Below, piece by piece: positions 1 to 8,727 of a stretch of 52,777 nt of DNA; position 1 is the stretch's first letter; each line of letters opens with the position of its first letter. The notes under the pieces are model-generated. The model was not told the DNA's origin. It saw only the letters and a program-made list of their open reading frames with translations, and searched no databases. Location of the stretch: positions 1 to 52,777 of IMG/VR virus record IMGVR_UViG_3300033273_000162; one strand, given 5' to 3'. Position numbers and translations under genes: made by a program. This DNA is from a virus (taxonomy: Duplodnaviria; Caudoviricetes).

Positions 1-53
1 TGTTCGCCACTGTGACCTTGGTAGTAAGTTGGAAAGTAGGGACTGGTAGGCAT
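1..53 (-). CDS. gp14: Neck protein gp14, N-terminal fragment (runs off the window edge)
   Basis: ATG at 53-51, 1 nt after the gp13 stop; reads MPTSPYFPTYYQGHSGE, typical of cyanophage gp14; matches T4 synteny gp13-gp14. Not in the ORF track. Confidence 0.8.
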   Translation of the reverse strand, partial: MPTSPYFPTYYQGHSGE

Positions 54-54
54 C

Positions 55-855
55 TTATCCGATCATATCCATTGGTGGGATTGCATACTTGCTGAGAACT
101 TCGCTTTCGATTTTCTCAATTTCTGCTAGTGCGTCTGTGTATAGTTCTCTACCATTAAGAGTAATACCACCTGGCAACTGAACGTTGTTATACTTAATCA
201 AGTTTTGACCCCACTGCTTCTTCATGAGAGCAGTAGCATACTTCTTGACAAACATATCATTGTACATCTCAGTAGCATCTGTAGGATCGATAAGACGATG
301 ACACTCAATCAGGATGTTAGATCCTTCGTTGAGAAAGTCTTTGTCTAGATCCATATAGAGACGATCACGACGCATGGTGTATCTAAACTGCTGGAATGAT
401 CCATTGTTTAGGACCATATCCAGTGTCTCTAGATACTGCTTGTTCATATAATAGTTGAGGATATCAAGTGATCCGAATGCATAGAGATCATTCAAGAACA
501 GTTGATACTCAACACCAAAAAGATTGGAACGGATTGAGTTGCTGACAAGACCAAATACTCTAGTGATACCAACCACATGATCTGGGACTGGAATATAATT
601 TGTTGTTTCTTTCCAGTCAGTTGTGCCACTAGTTGTTGTTATGCTAGCAGCAAACCTTGTCTTATCGTCAGCAGTGATTTCATGGAATAGATATGCACGC
701 TCCATACCGTTGTAACAGTTCTCTTGGAAGAACTGAATGGTGTCATCAATAACGTTATTGACCTGTTCGTCATCGATATTAACTTGTAGGACAGGCTCAC
801 CAAGCTGTCTCTTACAATATGTGATGAGTTCAGCTCTTGAATTTGGAGATGCCAT
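55..855 (-). CDS. gp13: Neck protein gp13
   Basis: PNSRAELITYCKRQLGEPVLQVNIDDEQV and KKQWGQNLIKYNNVQLPGGITLNG are hallmark T4-like gp13 motifs. ATG at 855 is preferred over the TTG at 864. Confidence 0.95.
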   Translation of the reverse strand: MASPNSRAELITYCKRQLGEPVLQVNIDDEQVNNVIDDTIQFFQENCYNGMERAYLFHEITADDKTRFAASITTTSGTTDWKETTNYIPVPDHVVGITRVFGLVSNSIRSNLFGVEYQLFLNDLYAFGSLDILNYYMNKQYLETLDMVLNNGSFQQFRYTMRRDRLYMDLDKDFLNEGSNILIECHRLIDPTDATEMYNDMFVKKYATALMKKQWGQNLIKYNNVQLPGGITLNGRELYTDALAEIEKIESEVLSKYAIPPMDMIG

Positions 856-862
856 TACACAC

Positions 863-897
863 AAAAAATCCCTTCTTACCTATTTAGGAAGAAGGGG
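863..897 (-). terminator. Rho-independent terminator-like hairpin with a late promoter in its loop
   Basis: Minus strand reads CCCTTCTT-CCT AAAT AGG-T-AAGAAGGG A TTTTTT: a stem with one bulge followed by a U-tract. Confidence 0.75.
881..886 (-). promoter_or_regulatory. T4-type late promoter (TAAATA) for gp13
   Basis: TAAATA 25 nt upstream of the gp13 ATG; a second ATAAATA lies at 903-909. Confidence 0.75.
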
Positions 898-905
898 TTT
901 AGTAT

Positions 906-1097
906 TTATTCAGCAGGTGCAGGTTCTCCTTCTGGTGCGGCACCTTCTCCAGCAAGCAGACCTAGGGTTTCTAGTCCGCCTTCTAGTTTCAGTTTGTATT
1001 CCTGTGCCTTTGCAAGATTGGTTTGTAGTTCAGCAATTTGCTTTTCTGTAGTAGCAATTTGCTCCTCAAAGTTTTTCTTCAGTGTCTCTTGATCCAT
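906..1097 (-). CDS. Small coiled-coil hypothetical protein (63 aa)
   Basis: Heptad-rich LKKNFEEQIATTEKQIAELQTNLAKAQEYKLKLEGGLETL; GAGG RBS; fills the gap between neighbouring genes. Confidence 0.85.
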   Translation of the reverse strand: MDQETLKKNFEEQIATTEKQIAELQTNLAKAQEYKLKLEGGLETLGLLAGEGAAPEGEPAPAE

Positions 1098-1104
1098 AGT
1101 AACC

Positions 1105-2790
1105 TCAGCGTTTTTTAAGAATTAGAATATAGAGTCCATTCCACCAGCTTGTGGAATCTTCAAGTTCGGGAGTGAGAATTTGTCTCTCAAACAGAAGTTC
1201 AAGATTATTTATCTCAACAAAATTCTGCCCTGTTCGGATAACACCATCAAAGTTGGCATCATCTAATACTAACACAAACGTGTCCGCTAGTAAAGGGAGA
1301 AGATTATTCAGACAAGAAACTTGATTTTCATCATGGTCTCCATCGTAGAAAATAATGTTTGGTTTTCTATTGATATCATCCTCATTGATATCATTTGCGT
1401 CTTTGTCTAGCAAAGTAGATTTCAGACTGCCAAACATCATATTGTTTTTCATGAAAGATTGTTTTGGATCTTTCACCCCTTTCCAAATAATATCATCTCT
1501 AGCAGGTGCAATTTCATGCTCGAAATTATCAACAGCATATGAGTAGATATTGTTATTCATGATAGCAGCAAAGTAAGTGCTACCAGTGTATGATCCGATT
1601 TCTAGATATGTATTTCCAGGATCAGAACATAGATGATTGAGGAAATGTCTTACACGATGAGAAGACAATCCTTCAATATGATATCCATATTCAACAAAGT
1701 TTGTTTCACCTGTTGCAGAACGATCGATAGCATCAAGAGTTAGTTTGACTAAGGGATGCTCAATTCTATCTTGCTTACGATAGTGTGCGTCAATAACAGA
1801 CTCACAGTAGTTGCAATCCCAACAATCAAACTGACATGTCTTGATCTTTTCTCTCCAGATATCAATTGGTCTCTCATTGAGATCCTTGTCTTCCATATAA
1901 GCATTGAGTTCTGGGAACAATAACTCTTCGTCATTTGCCCACCTCTCAATGATATCCATACTCTCTTTGAGACGCATGACAGATTCTCTACCATGCATTT
2001 TGAAAACATCAATACCAAGATCAAACATCTCCTCCCAGTCCTTTTTCCAAGGTGGAAGATTTGCTGCTTTCAATGCTACGGAACTATCTTCATGTTCCCA
2101 CTTAGAACAAGAAACACGACTGATAATACTTCCAAAGTATGGAGGTTCGTGATTCTCTCTGGTGTTATTGTAATGGTAATGTTCTGGCATAATGGGACAA
2201 CCACCCCAACAACCTTCATTAGCAAGCATAGAGAACTTGACTGGTTTGCCGATAGAAGCACAATATTCTTTTGCTTCTTTCAAGCGACGCAACTGATCAT
2301 GATCACGCATCAAATCTCTATCAAGATTCACATAGTGGAATCCTGCTTTAGCAAGAGACACAATATCATTTGCTTTAGTAACCTCATGTAGAATCGTATT
2401 CTTGATATACAACTCAGGAAACTCTTTCTGAATCTGACCAGTCAATACCCATGAAGTATGTGGAATAGTAACCGTTCTAATACCAGCTTCATACAGATGT
2501 TTGAAGTTGGCAATCCACAAGTCAAGCAGTTCTTGTGATGGTCTTACGTAGATGTTATTAAACGTAGCAGACAGAGGAATGCCAGTTTGTTTTTGAACAT
2601 AGATGGCATTGTATGTTGTTTGACGTAAATCATCTTCAAATACATCTCCCATTGCATCCTGCATGAATGGTGGCATTCTGCATGTAAAATACAAATCGAA
2701 GATATAATCCTTATGCTTTTTCAAGAAAGGAATCAGATGCTCATTAGCAAACTGCTCATCAATTTTTGGATTGATTGGAAGACTAAACAT
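1105..2790 (-). CDS. Fusion of a U32-peptidase-like Fe-S domain and a class I SAM methyltransferase (Methyltransf_24-like)
   Basis: N-terminal part: VNLDRDLMRD, ANEGCWGGCP, SCSKW, GIDVFKMHGRE, CQFDCWDCNYC (U32-like). C-terminal part: YLEIGSYTGST, YAVDNF, IIFYDGDH, LVLDDAN (SAM-MTase motifs). Confidence 0.8.
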   Translation of the reverse strand: MFSLPINPKIDEQFANEHLIPFLKKHKDYIFDLYFTCRMPPFMQDAMGDVFEDDLRQTTYNAIYVQKQTGIPLSATFNNIYVRPSQELLDLWIANFKHLYEAGIRTVTIPHTSWVLTGQIQKEFPELYIKNTILHEVTKANDIVSLAKAGFHYVNLDRDLMRDHDQLRRLKEAKEYCASIGKPVKFSMLANEGCWGGCPIMPEHYHYNNTRENHEPPYFGSIISRVSCSKWEHEDSSVALKAANLPPWKKDWEEMFDLGIDVFKMHGRESVMRLKESMDIIERWANDEELLFPELNAYMEDKDLNERPIDIWREKIKTCQFDCWDCNYCESVIDAHYRKQDRIEHPLVKLTLDAIDRSATGETNFVEYGYHIEGLSSHRVRHFLNHLCSDPGNTYLEIGSYTGSTYFAAIMNNNIYSYAVDNFEHEIAPARDDIIWKGVKDPKQSFMKNNMMFGSLKSTLLDKDANDINEDDINRKPNIIFYDGDHDENQVSCLNNLLPLLADTFVLVLDDANFDGVIRTGQNFVEINNLELLFERQILTPELEDSTSWWNGLYILILKKR

Positions 2791-3521
2791 TAGTATAACC
2801 TGAAGAAGTGATCTGGATTTCTCTTTCTATCTGGAGCATTGTACAAAGACTCTTCTGTCAAAATGTCAATACCAAGTGTAACACGTTCCACATCAGACTG
2901 GTGTTCTGTAGTCCAATGCACAACATATTCTGGAAATAAAGTTAGGGTTCCAACTTCATTCTCAAGCGCAGCAGAATTCATAGTATATGGATCCTGATAG
3001 ACTGTGCTTGTGCCGCTGACCTGCAGAGATAGATTTCCAGAAAGAAAACTCCATCCATCTCCGCTGTGTTGATGAGGATTAATCTTCTGACCTTTCCTCA
3101 TTACATTTGCCCAGCATTGCGCCCATGGTTTAAGTTCCATGACATTTGCGCCAACATGATGACACAACTCCGCAATTGCATAATGCAATTCAATTTTTAA
3201 TTTTCTTACAACATAGTTCTCATCATAGTCATCCCACTTGAGGATGTTGTATGCTGGAAACTTTGCAGTCATACTGTCTGGTCCCAAACCTGTGCCACCA
3301 TCATACATTAAATGGGGGTTGAGTTTGATAATACTCTCTTCTTTTTCTAGAATAGTCTTTGTCAGATATTTTGCTTCTTGCTCAATAAGAATCTGACTAT
3401 TCCAAAATGGAATAGAATAAACTGGAGCAAATGGCGTATGCTTTTCTTTGTTGCCAAACAGTTCTTTAATTCTGTCTTCTGCTGTTTCTGGTTCAACCCA
3501 GGCATTTGGATCGCTATTCAT
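2790..3521 (-). CDS. Putative Fe(II)/2OG oxygenase (TIGR02466-like)
   Basis: CWANVMRKGQKINPHQH...LSGNL...LTLFPEYVVHWT...RVTLGIDI. Start moved to the ATG at 3521, which has a GGGTGA RBS. Confidence 0.85.
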   Translation of the reverse strand: MNSDPNAWVEPETAEDRIKELFGNKEKHTPFAPVYSIPFWNSQILIEQEAKYLTKTILEKEESIIKLNPHLMYDGGTGLGPDSMTAKFPAYNILKWDDYDENYVVRKLKIELHYAIAELCHHVGANVMELKPWAQCWANVMRKGQKINPHQHSGDGWSFLSGNLSLQVSGTSTVYQDPYTMNSAALENEVGTLTLFPEYVVHWTTEHQSDVERVTLGIDILTEESLYNAPDRKRNPDHFFRLY

Positions 3522-4176
3522 AATCACCCATCCCAATCATACTGTATCTATCTTCATCCACATACCAGTTTTCTAAAATCCATGGTGAGTGGAAGAAACC
3601 TCCATTGTAAAACAATAATGTATTATACTCCATTGGAGCGATGCAAGACAACTCCCAGTCTTCGTCCCCTCTGAAGTTCTTCCATTGTTCATAACCAGTC
3701 TCTTTGATTGTTTTATCAAAGAGATAACTGTTTTCCTCTTCTGTCAATTCATTGACATGTATCTTACCTTTGTAAGACCAGAAAGCAGTTCCACCCAAAC
3801 ATTGTTTATTGAACCAGATATTCCAAACACCTGGCCAAGCATCTGAATGTGGTAAGTGTGCATTCTTTTTCATCTGCATGTTGCCGTTGTAGATATTACA
3901 AGACACTCTTGCAGGATTCCAGTTGCATACATTATCACGAACAAAGTTAGCAATAAACTTCGCTGCCCATGGTGGAACATCTTGTCTCCATCCAGGAGAA
4001 TATGTACTATCCCTAACAGCAGGAAAATTCAAGAGAAGTTCTTTGTATTCTTCTGGATACTTGAGAAAGTTTTTAATTACTTTAAATTTTGTTCCATCGT
4101 AGATTGCATCTTCTACTTTAGCATCATCATTTATCTGACATATAGATGAAAGATAATCATTATCAAATCGCTTCAT
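3514..4176 (-). CDS. DUF6445-like putative Fe(II)/2OG oxygenase
   Basis: VIKNFLKYPE, SPGWR, PHSD (HxD), GGTAFW, YNTLLFYNGGFFHS, terminal R. Confidence 0.75.
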   Translation of the reverse strand: MKRFDNDYLSSICQINDDAKVEDAIYDGTKFKVIKNFLKYPEEYKELLLNFPAVRDSTYSPGWRQDVPPWAAKFIANFVRDNVCNWNPARVSCNIYNGNMQMKKNAHLPHSDAWPGVWNIWFNKQCLGGTAFWSYKGKIHVNELTEEENSYLFDKTIKETGYEQWKNFRGDEDWELSCIAPMEYNTLLFYNGGFFHSPWILENWYVDEDRYSMIGMGDYE

Positions 4177-4838
4177 TGTCTTTCAATTCTGAAACTGTAG
4201 GAGTGGTTATAGATGTAACGTGGCATCACATTGAATGAAATTGAAATTCTGTTGTCTTCTTTATTATCAATATATCCATGAGATATGTTTGACTGCCAAA
4301 GAAGAAGATCGCCTTCTGTATAATCTACATGTGCTCCCCATGTATTATACTTTGTTGGATATTTGATGGGTATATCAATAGTCTGCATAACAGAGTTTTC
4401 TGGATTGAAGTCTTTGTTCTTGAATCCAATAGGAGCATGTAATCCTTTGATGAAATTTACATAGTAAGTTCCAGACACATATGCATTTGCATGTGTGTGA
4501 TTAAACTGCTCTCCACCAGCATCACATTTATTGAGCCAGCAATCAGTGACGATCATTTCTCCCTTGAGTTCATACCCAAGAACGTTCTCAACATAGTCAA
4601 GAGACTTTTCTGTAATCCACTCTTCAAACCACTTGAATTCTGGAATGTCAAGTAAATTCATATTATCTCTGTTAAAATAGTGCGCCAATGCACCATTATC
4701 AACATTTACTTTCTTGATCTTTTCGTCTTCATCAACTTGGTGCAGAAGACCGAAACACTGATCTTTAAGTTTTTGAGTTCTTTCATCGTCTAGTCTATAT
4801 TTCCCAATCGCTCTTGGGAAGATTTCAATTACTGCCAT
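4173..4838 (-). CDS. Putative Fe(II)/2OG oxygenase (TIGR02466-like)
   Basis: IEIFP, CWLN...HTHANAYVSGTYYV...EGDLLLWQSNISHG...RISISFN. Confidence 0.9.
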   Translation of the reverse strand: MAVIEIFPRAIGKYRLDDERTQKLKDQCFGLLHQVDEDEKIKKVNVDNGALAHYFNRDNMNLLDIPEFKWFEEWITEKSLDYVENVLGYELKGEMIVTDCWLNKCDAGGEQFNHTHANAYVSGTYYVNFIKGLHAPIGFKNKDFNPENSVMQTIDIPIKYPTKYNTWGAHVDYTEGDLLLWQSNISHGYIDNKEDNRISISFNVMPRYIYNHSYSFRIERQ

Positions 4839-6366
4839 AAATGTTTGCTCTCAAGTAGTCATACAGAGACAGAGAATTGTTTGCTATGTTCTGCCACTTT
4901 GATCTTATAGAGTTATTTATTGACACAAAATTATCGATCATTTTCTTCTTATCTACTTGCGGGAAGTCCCATTCCCACTGAGACATAACTACTGGATCGA
5001 TCATTCTATAGTCCATTCCTGCACAAATGCAATGCACTCCCACTGGAGGGTGATCTTCAACAATGTCTTGTCTTCTAGCAAGATCATAGAACTGAGAAGA
5101 TGTTGGTCTTTGCATTACCATGTCTTCATCAAATGTTTTGTTGTGAATATCTTTCCAGTATGATGTATCTATCCTGAGTGAAAGGGTGTAGTGAAATGCT
5201 ACAAAATGTGCGAAGCGATCGAACATTTTTCGTGTTGTGAAGTTATAAACATCACGATCCCATTGGTTATATTCACCACGATTCAATGCTCTCACTAGTT
5301 TGAGCAAAAACTCATGAACTGTATATAATCCACTGCTCTGTAGAGGTTCGATAAAACCTGCTGCCATACCAATCCCAACAACATTCTTTACCCATGTTCT
5401 CTCGTGGATACCAACACGCATCTTGATATCTTTGAATTCAACTTCACCACAATCACCAAGATAATTTTTGAAGTCTTCTAATGCTTGCTCTGGTGAAATA
5501 GAGTTGTCGTCATAGACATAACCCGTACCAATACGAGACCACAGAGGAATATTCCATACCCATCCATGACCGATTGCTGTGCATGTTGTGTATGGTTCTA
5601 GTTGTTCCTTCTTATTCTTATATGGAATCTTAGTTGCCCACGCACGATTGTTTGGAATAATATCGTTGTAGGAAATAAAAGGTTCCTCTAGTTCATTGAG
5701 AAGCAACGCTTTGTTGCCTGTGCAATCAATAAACAGATCTGCAGGGATAAATCTTTCGTTATTTACAAAAACTCTCTCAACACCATCTTCTCCTGTATCG
5801 ATAGATGTTATTGATGCTTGAATATGTTTTACTCCACGAGGAATGCAATAGTGATCTCTGAGATACAAACCAAACTTCACACCATCAAAATGGTATGCAG
5901 TATCTCTTTCAAATTTGTAATTCTCTAGATCTGTTCCTGTGTATATTTTGTTATCTTCAATGCAAGGCATTGTAGAATAAAACGTCCTACAATAATCTTG
6001 TCTTGGTGTGCCAGGATATAAATGCTTCTTCAGTTGCCAATCATTCAATCCTAGAAATTTCTTTTCGTAAAATGGATGACCTAGTGGATTGTGAAATCCA
6101 CCATCATCAATCTTATAGAAATCAACAAACTTAATGCTCTGCTTGTATGATGCATCGCAATACTTCATGAAGTCTTTTTCTTTGATACCCAAAGCAAACA
6201 TCCATGGACGGATACCTGCCAGCGTACTTTCTCCTACACCAGAGATAGGATGATCGGGACTTTCAATAAGTGTGATCTGTTTTTCTGGAAAAAAATGGAT
6301 GAGCGTTGCAGCACTCATCCATCCAGCAGAACCACCACCAACAATAACGATGCGATCAAACTTCAT
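4825..6366 (-). CDS. prnA: Flavin-dependent (tryptophan-halogenase family) halogenase
   Basis: IVIVGGGSAGW FAD motif, GVGEST, ASYKQSIKF (catalytic Lys position), AYHFDG, DLFIDCTG, GWVWNIPL (WxWxIP), FIEPLQSSG. Family call only; substrate unknown. Confidence 0.93.
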   Translation of the reverse strand: MKFDRIVIVGGGSAGWMSAATLIHFFPEKQITLIESPDHPISGVGESTLAGIRPWMFALGIKEKDFMKYCDASYKQSIKFVDFYKIDDGGFHNPLGHPFYEKKFLGLNDWQLKKHLYPGTPRQDYCRTFYSTMPCIEDNKIYTGTDLENYKFERDTAYHFDGVKFGLYLRDHYCIPRGVKHIQASITSIDTGEDGVERVFVNNERFIPADLFIDCTGNKALLLNELEEPFISYNDIIPNNRAWATKIPYKNKKEQLEPYTTCTAIGHGWVWNIPLWSRIGTGYVYDDNSISPEQALEDFKNYLGDCGEVEFKDIKMRVGIHERTWVKNVVGIGMAAGFIEPLQSSGLYTVHEFLLKLVRALNRGEYNQWDRDVYNFTTRKMFDRFAHFVAFHYTLSLRIDTSYWKDIHNKTFDEDMVMQRPTSSQFYDLARRQDIVEDHPPVGVHCICAGMDYRMIDPVVMSQWEWDFPQVDKKKMIDNFVSINNSIRSKWQNIANNSLSLYDYLRANIYGSN

Positions 6367-7106
6367 AATACTGTCAATCTGTTCAGTGAATTTGGGAAAC
6401 CTAGACTTCCTCTGAAGAATAGGTTGAATGAAATACTAAATCTAGTCTCTTCTGTATTTTCATTTGGAACTGTATCATGCTCTAACCAAGATGGAAAGAT
6501 CAAACACATACCCTTTTTGGGTTTCATATAGATCTCACCTGAGTTTAATTCATTTCTACCTTCCACTTTAGGCATGTAGAAGAATTTCATTCTAGTTGGA
6601 TCAATGAATCTGATATAGTTTGAAAGAGAATTCTCTGCAACATGTGGAGGATCCTCTGGATACCAAACTCCAGCAAACATAGCATTGCTATGGGAGTGTG
6701 GGTGAATGTATCCACTGTGTCCTAGGACATTTCCCCACATAGTTTCCATGTGTGGTTCAATATCAATATATGCATATGCATTGAAAACACTAGAAGCAAT
6801 ATCAAGAATACTATTCTTTAATTCAGAGTAAATAGGATTCTCGTGCAAAGTATCTTCTGTGTAGAAAGAAACTTTATTTTTTTCTAGTTTTCTTTCATCA
6901 TCACCAGGAAGAACATAATCCCCAATTGACTTCGTTACTTGATAGTCTGGTGCTTGACTGTATTTTTCTTTTAGATCATTAATAATTTCATCTGTGTTTG
7001 AAACAGAAATGCTACTTTCAAATATAGGTGTTGGAAAGGTATGATGAATTGTCTTCAATTCGGTCTTTGGTTGCTCAACCGAATAGTCCCAAAAGTTTTG
7101 ATTCAT
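6363..7106 (-). CDS. Putative Fe(II)/2OG oxygenase (TIGR02466-like)
   Basis: FPTPIF, MWGNV...HPHSHSNAMFAGVWY...FIDP...LIFPSWLEHDT.PN...RFSISFN. Confidence 0.9.
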   Translation of the reverse strand: MNQNFWDYSVEQPKTELKTIHHTFPTPIFESSISVSNTDEIINDLKEKYSQAPDYQVTKSIGDYVLPGDDERKLEKNKVSFYTEDTLHENPIYSELKNSILDIASSVFNAYAYIDIEPHMETMWGNVLGHSGYIHPHSHSNAMFAGVWYPEDPPHVAENSLSNYIRFIDPTRMKFFYMPKVEGRNELNSGEIYMKPKKGMCLIFPSWLEHDTVPNENTEETRFSISFNLFFRGSLGFPNSLNRLTVL

Positions 7107-7112
7107 AATATA

Positions 7113-7877
7113 TCACTCTTGTCCAGTAATAAGTGGATTATCTCCCTTCTTAGTTCCACTCACAATTCCTTGTAGTGAAGTTAGTAGTTTAACTTGCATC
7201 TTCTCTTCGATGCCCTCAAACGTTGGTAATCTGAGATTGTTATCATCTGCAAGAAGATGTTTGGTATATTCTCTTGTCTTGCCTTCAATCTTAGCAAGCT
7301 GACCTCCAAGTAGATTGGAGTATTGGAAACCGATAGAAAGAACTTGTAGTTGTTGTTCTTCTGGCAGCATAGAGATAGAGTCTAGATTTCCTACACTGAT
7401 TCTACCAAACGATAGAATGTCCATCGCTGCTTGTTTGCCCATACGAGCAACCCAATACTTCTCCTCTTCTTCAGGATCACCGTCAAAGTAACGAGCAATG
7501 TCTTCCTCGTTCTCTACACAGTCTTGAATCTTTTTGATGAAGATATCTAATTCCTGTTCTGCTCTTGCAATTTTTCTTTGTCTAATTTCCTGATCGACCT
7601 CAATATCCTCTACGTCAATCTGCCAAAGTTCTGCTTCTAGTGGATCTTCGCACTCTGCGATATCCTTGCGAAGTTTTCTCAACTTAACATCATCTCGTCT
7701 TACGTCAAGCTTGATCTTTCTGATACCATGATATCGGTTCTCGATCTCAAGCAGAGCCTGACGAATTTGGCGAAACCCAGTGACATGAGAATTCATGACA
7801 AAGTGTTCGTTCTGATAATCAGTCTGTCCAGTTGCAAATTTAATCGCGTTACTAAGGATCTGCTCCTTACTTAACAT
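7113..7877 (-). CDS. Hypothetical protein with a long coiled coil
   Basis: Helical and charged (RQIRQALLEIENR; YWVARMGKQAAMDILSFGRISVGNLDSI). GGAGG RBS supports the ATG at 7877. Confidence 0.8.
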   Translation of the reverse strand: MLSKEQILSNAIKFATGQTDYQNEHFVMNSHVTGFRQIRQALLEIENRYHGIRKIKLDVRRDDVKLRKLRKDIAECEDPLEAELWQIDVEDIEVDQEIRQRKIARAEQELDIFIKKIQDCVENEEDIARYFDGDPEEEEKYWVARMGKQAAMDILSFGRISVGNLDSISMLPEEQQLQVLSIGFQYSNLLGGQLAKIEGKTREYTKHLLADDNNLRLPTFEGIEEKMQVKLLTSLQGIVSGTKKGDNPLITGQE

Positions 7878-7899
7878 AATAACCTCCAAAGATTAATAA

Positions 7900-8727
7900 T
7901 TAAAATTGAAATCCTACTTTAACGGGTACTACTCTCTCGAATTCGACAACTCTTCCTTCTTCCATTGCTTGCTGTTCAGGCATTGCAACACCGAGGTAGT
8001 CCTCGTACAATCTATTTAGTTCCTTAATAGAAGAGGCAATTTTGAACTTATACTTGACTGCATTCATCTGCTTCATGATATCAATGACCTGATCTTTGTA
8101 CTTCTTCCTTCCAGATAGAACCATATTGACCATATCACCAAGAAGAACGTTTCTTGCACGAGCCATTTCATATAAGAGAGGACACTCTGCTTTTTCGTTC
8201 TCTCTGTATGCTTTTGCTTCTTCATACTGAAGTTCAAATGTCAATGCTTCCATTGTAGAAGCGGTGTCTAGAAGCATAAATCTCTTATCAAATTCTTCTT
8301 CAATGACTGCTTTGGCAACTAGTTTCATTGCTTTAATGACACATTGAGTTCTATGTTCATCCATAGGAACTGCAATTTTTTTACCTTCATCGGAATCTGG
8401 TGCTAGAGCAATACCTTCAGAATCAAACGCAACTAACTCACCCTCAATTTCTTGCTTAAGAACTTTTGTTTCTGGTCTGATATCAGCAAAAGATTTGAAT
8501 CCTTTAAACGCTACATCGCGCTCGATTGGGTAATACTTTCCTATTACGTTGGTAGAAAAAATTACAAATTCCGACTCGGGAATAGAAACAGCATACCAAT
8601 CCATGTTGGCATACAACACTCTGAGATCGTGAATGCTGTTTGACAGACGGATATCTTTTGTTAAAAAGTATAGTCTCTTTAACTTTGTAATAGGTGCGGG
8701 ATAGTTTGTTTCCATTGAGTTTTCCAT
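7900..8727 (-). CDS. Hypothetical protein, possible tail-fibre assembly chaperone
   Basis: Coupled (TAATG) to the upstream fibre-like gene. C-terminal E..TFELQYEEAKAY...PLL..MARARN pattern resembles phage fibre-associated chaperones (inference). Confidence 0.6.
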   Translation of the reverse strand: MENSMETNYPAPITKLKRLYFLTKDIRLSNSIHDLRVLYANMDWYAVSIPESEFVIFSTNVIGKYYPIERDVAFKGFKSFADIRPETKVLKQEIEGELVAFDSEGIALAPDSDEGKKIAVPMDEHRTQCVIKAMKLVAKAVIEEEFDKRFMLLDTASTMEALTFELQYEEAKAYRENEKAECPLLYEMARARNVLLGDMVNMVLSGRKKYKDQVIDIMKQMNAVKYKFKIASSIKELNRLYEDYLGVAMPEQQAMEEGRVVEFERVVPVKVGFQF

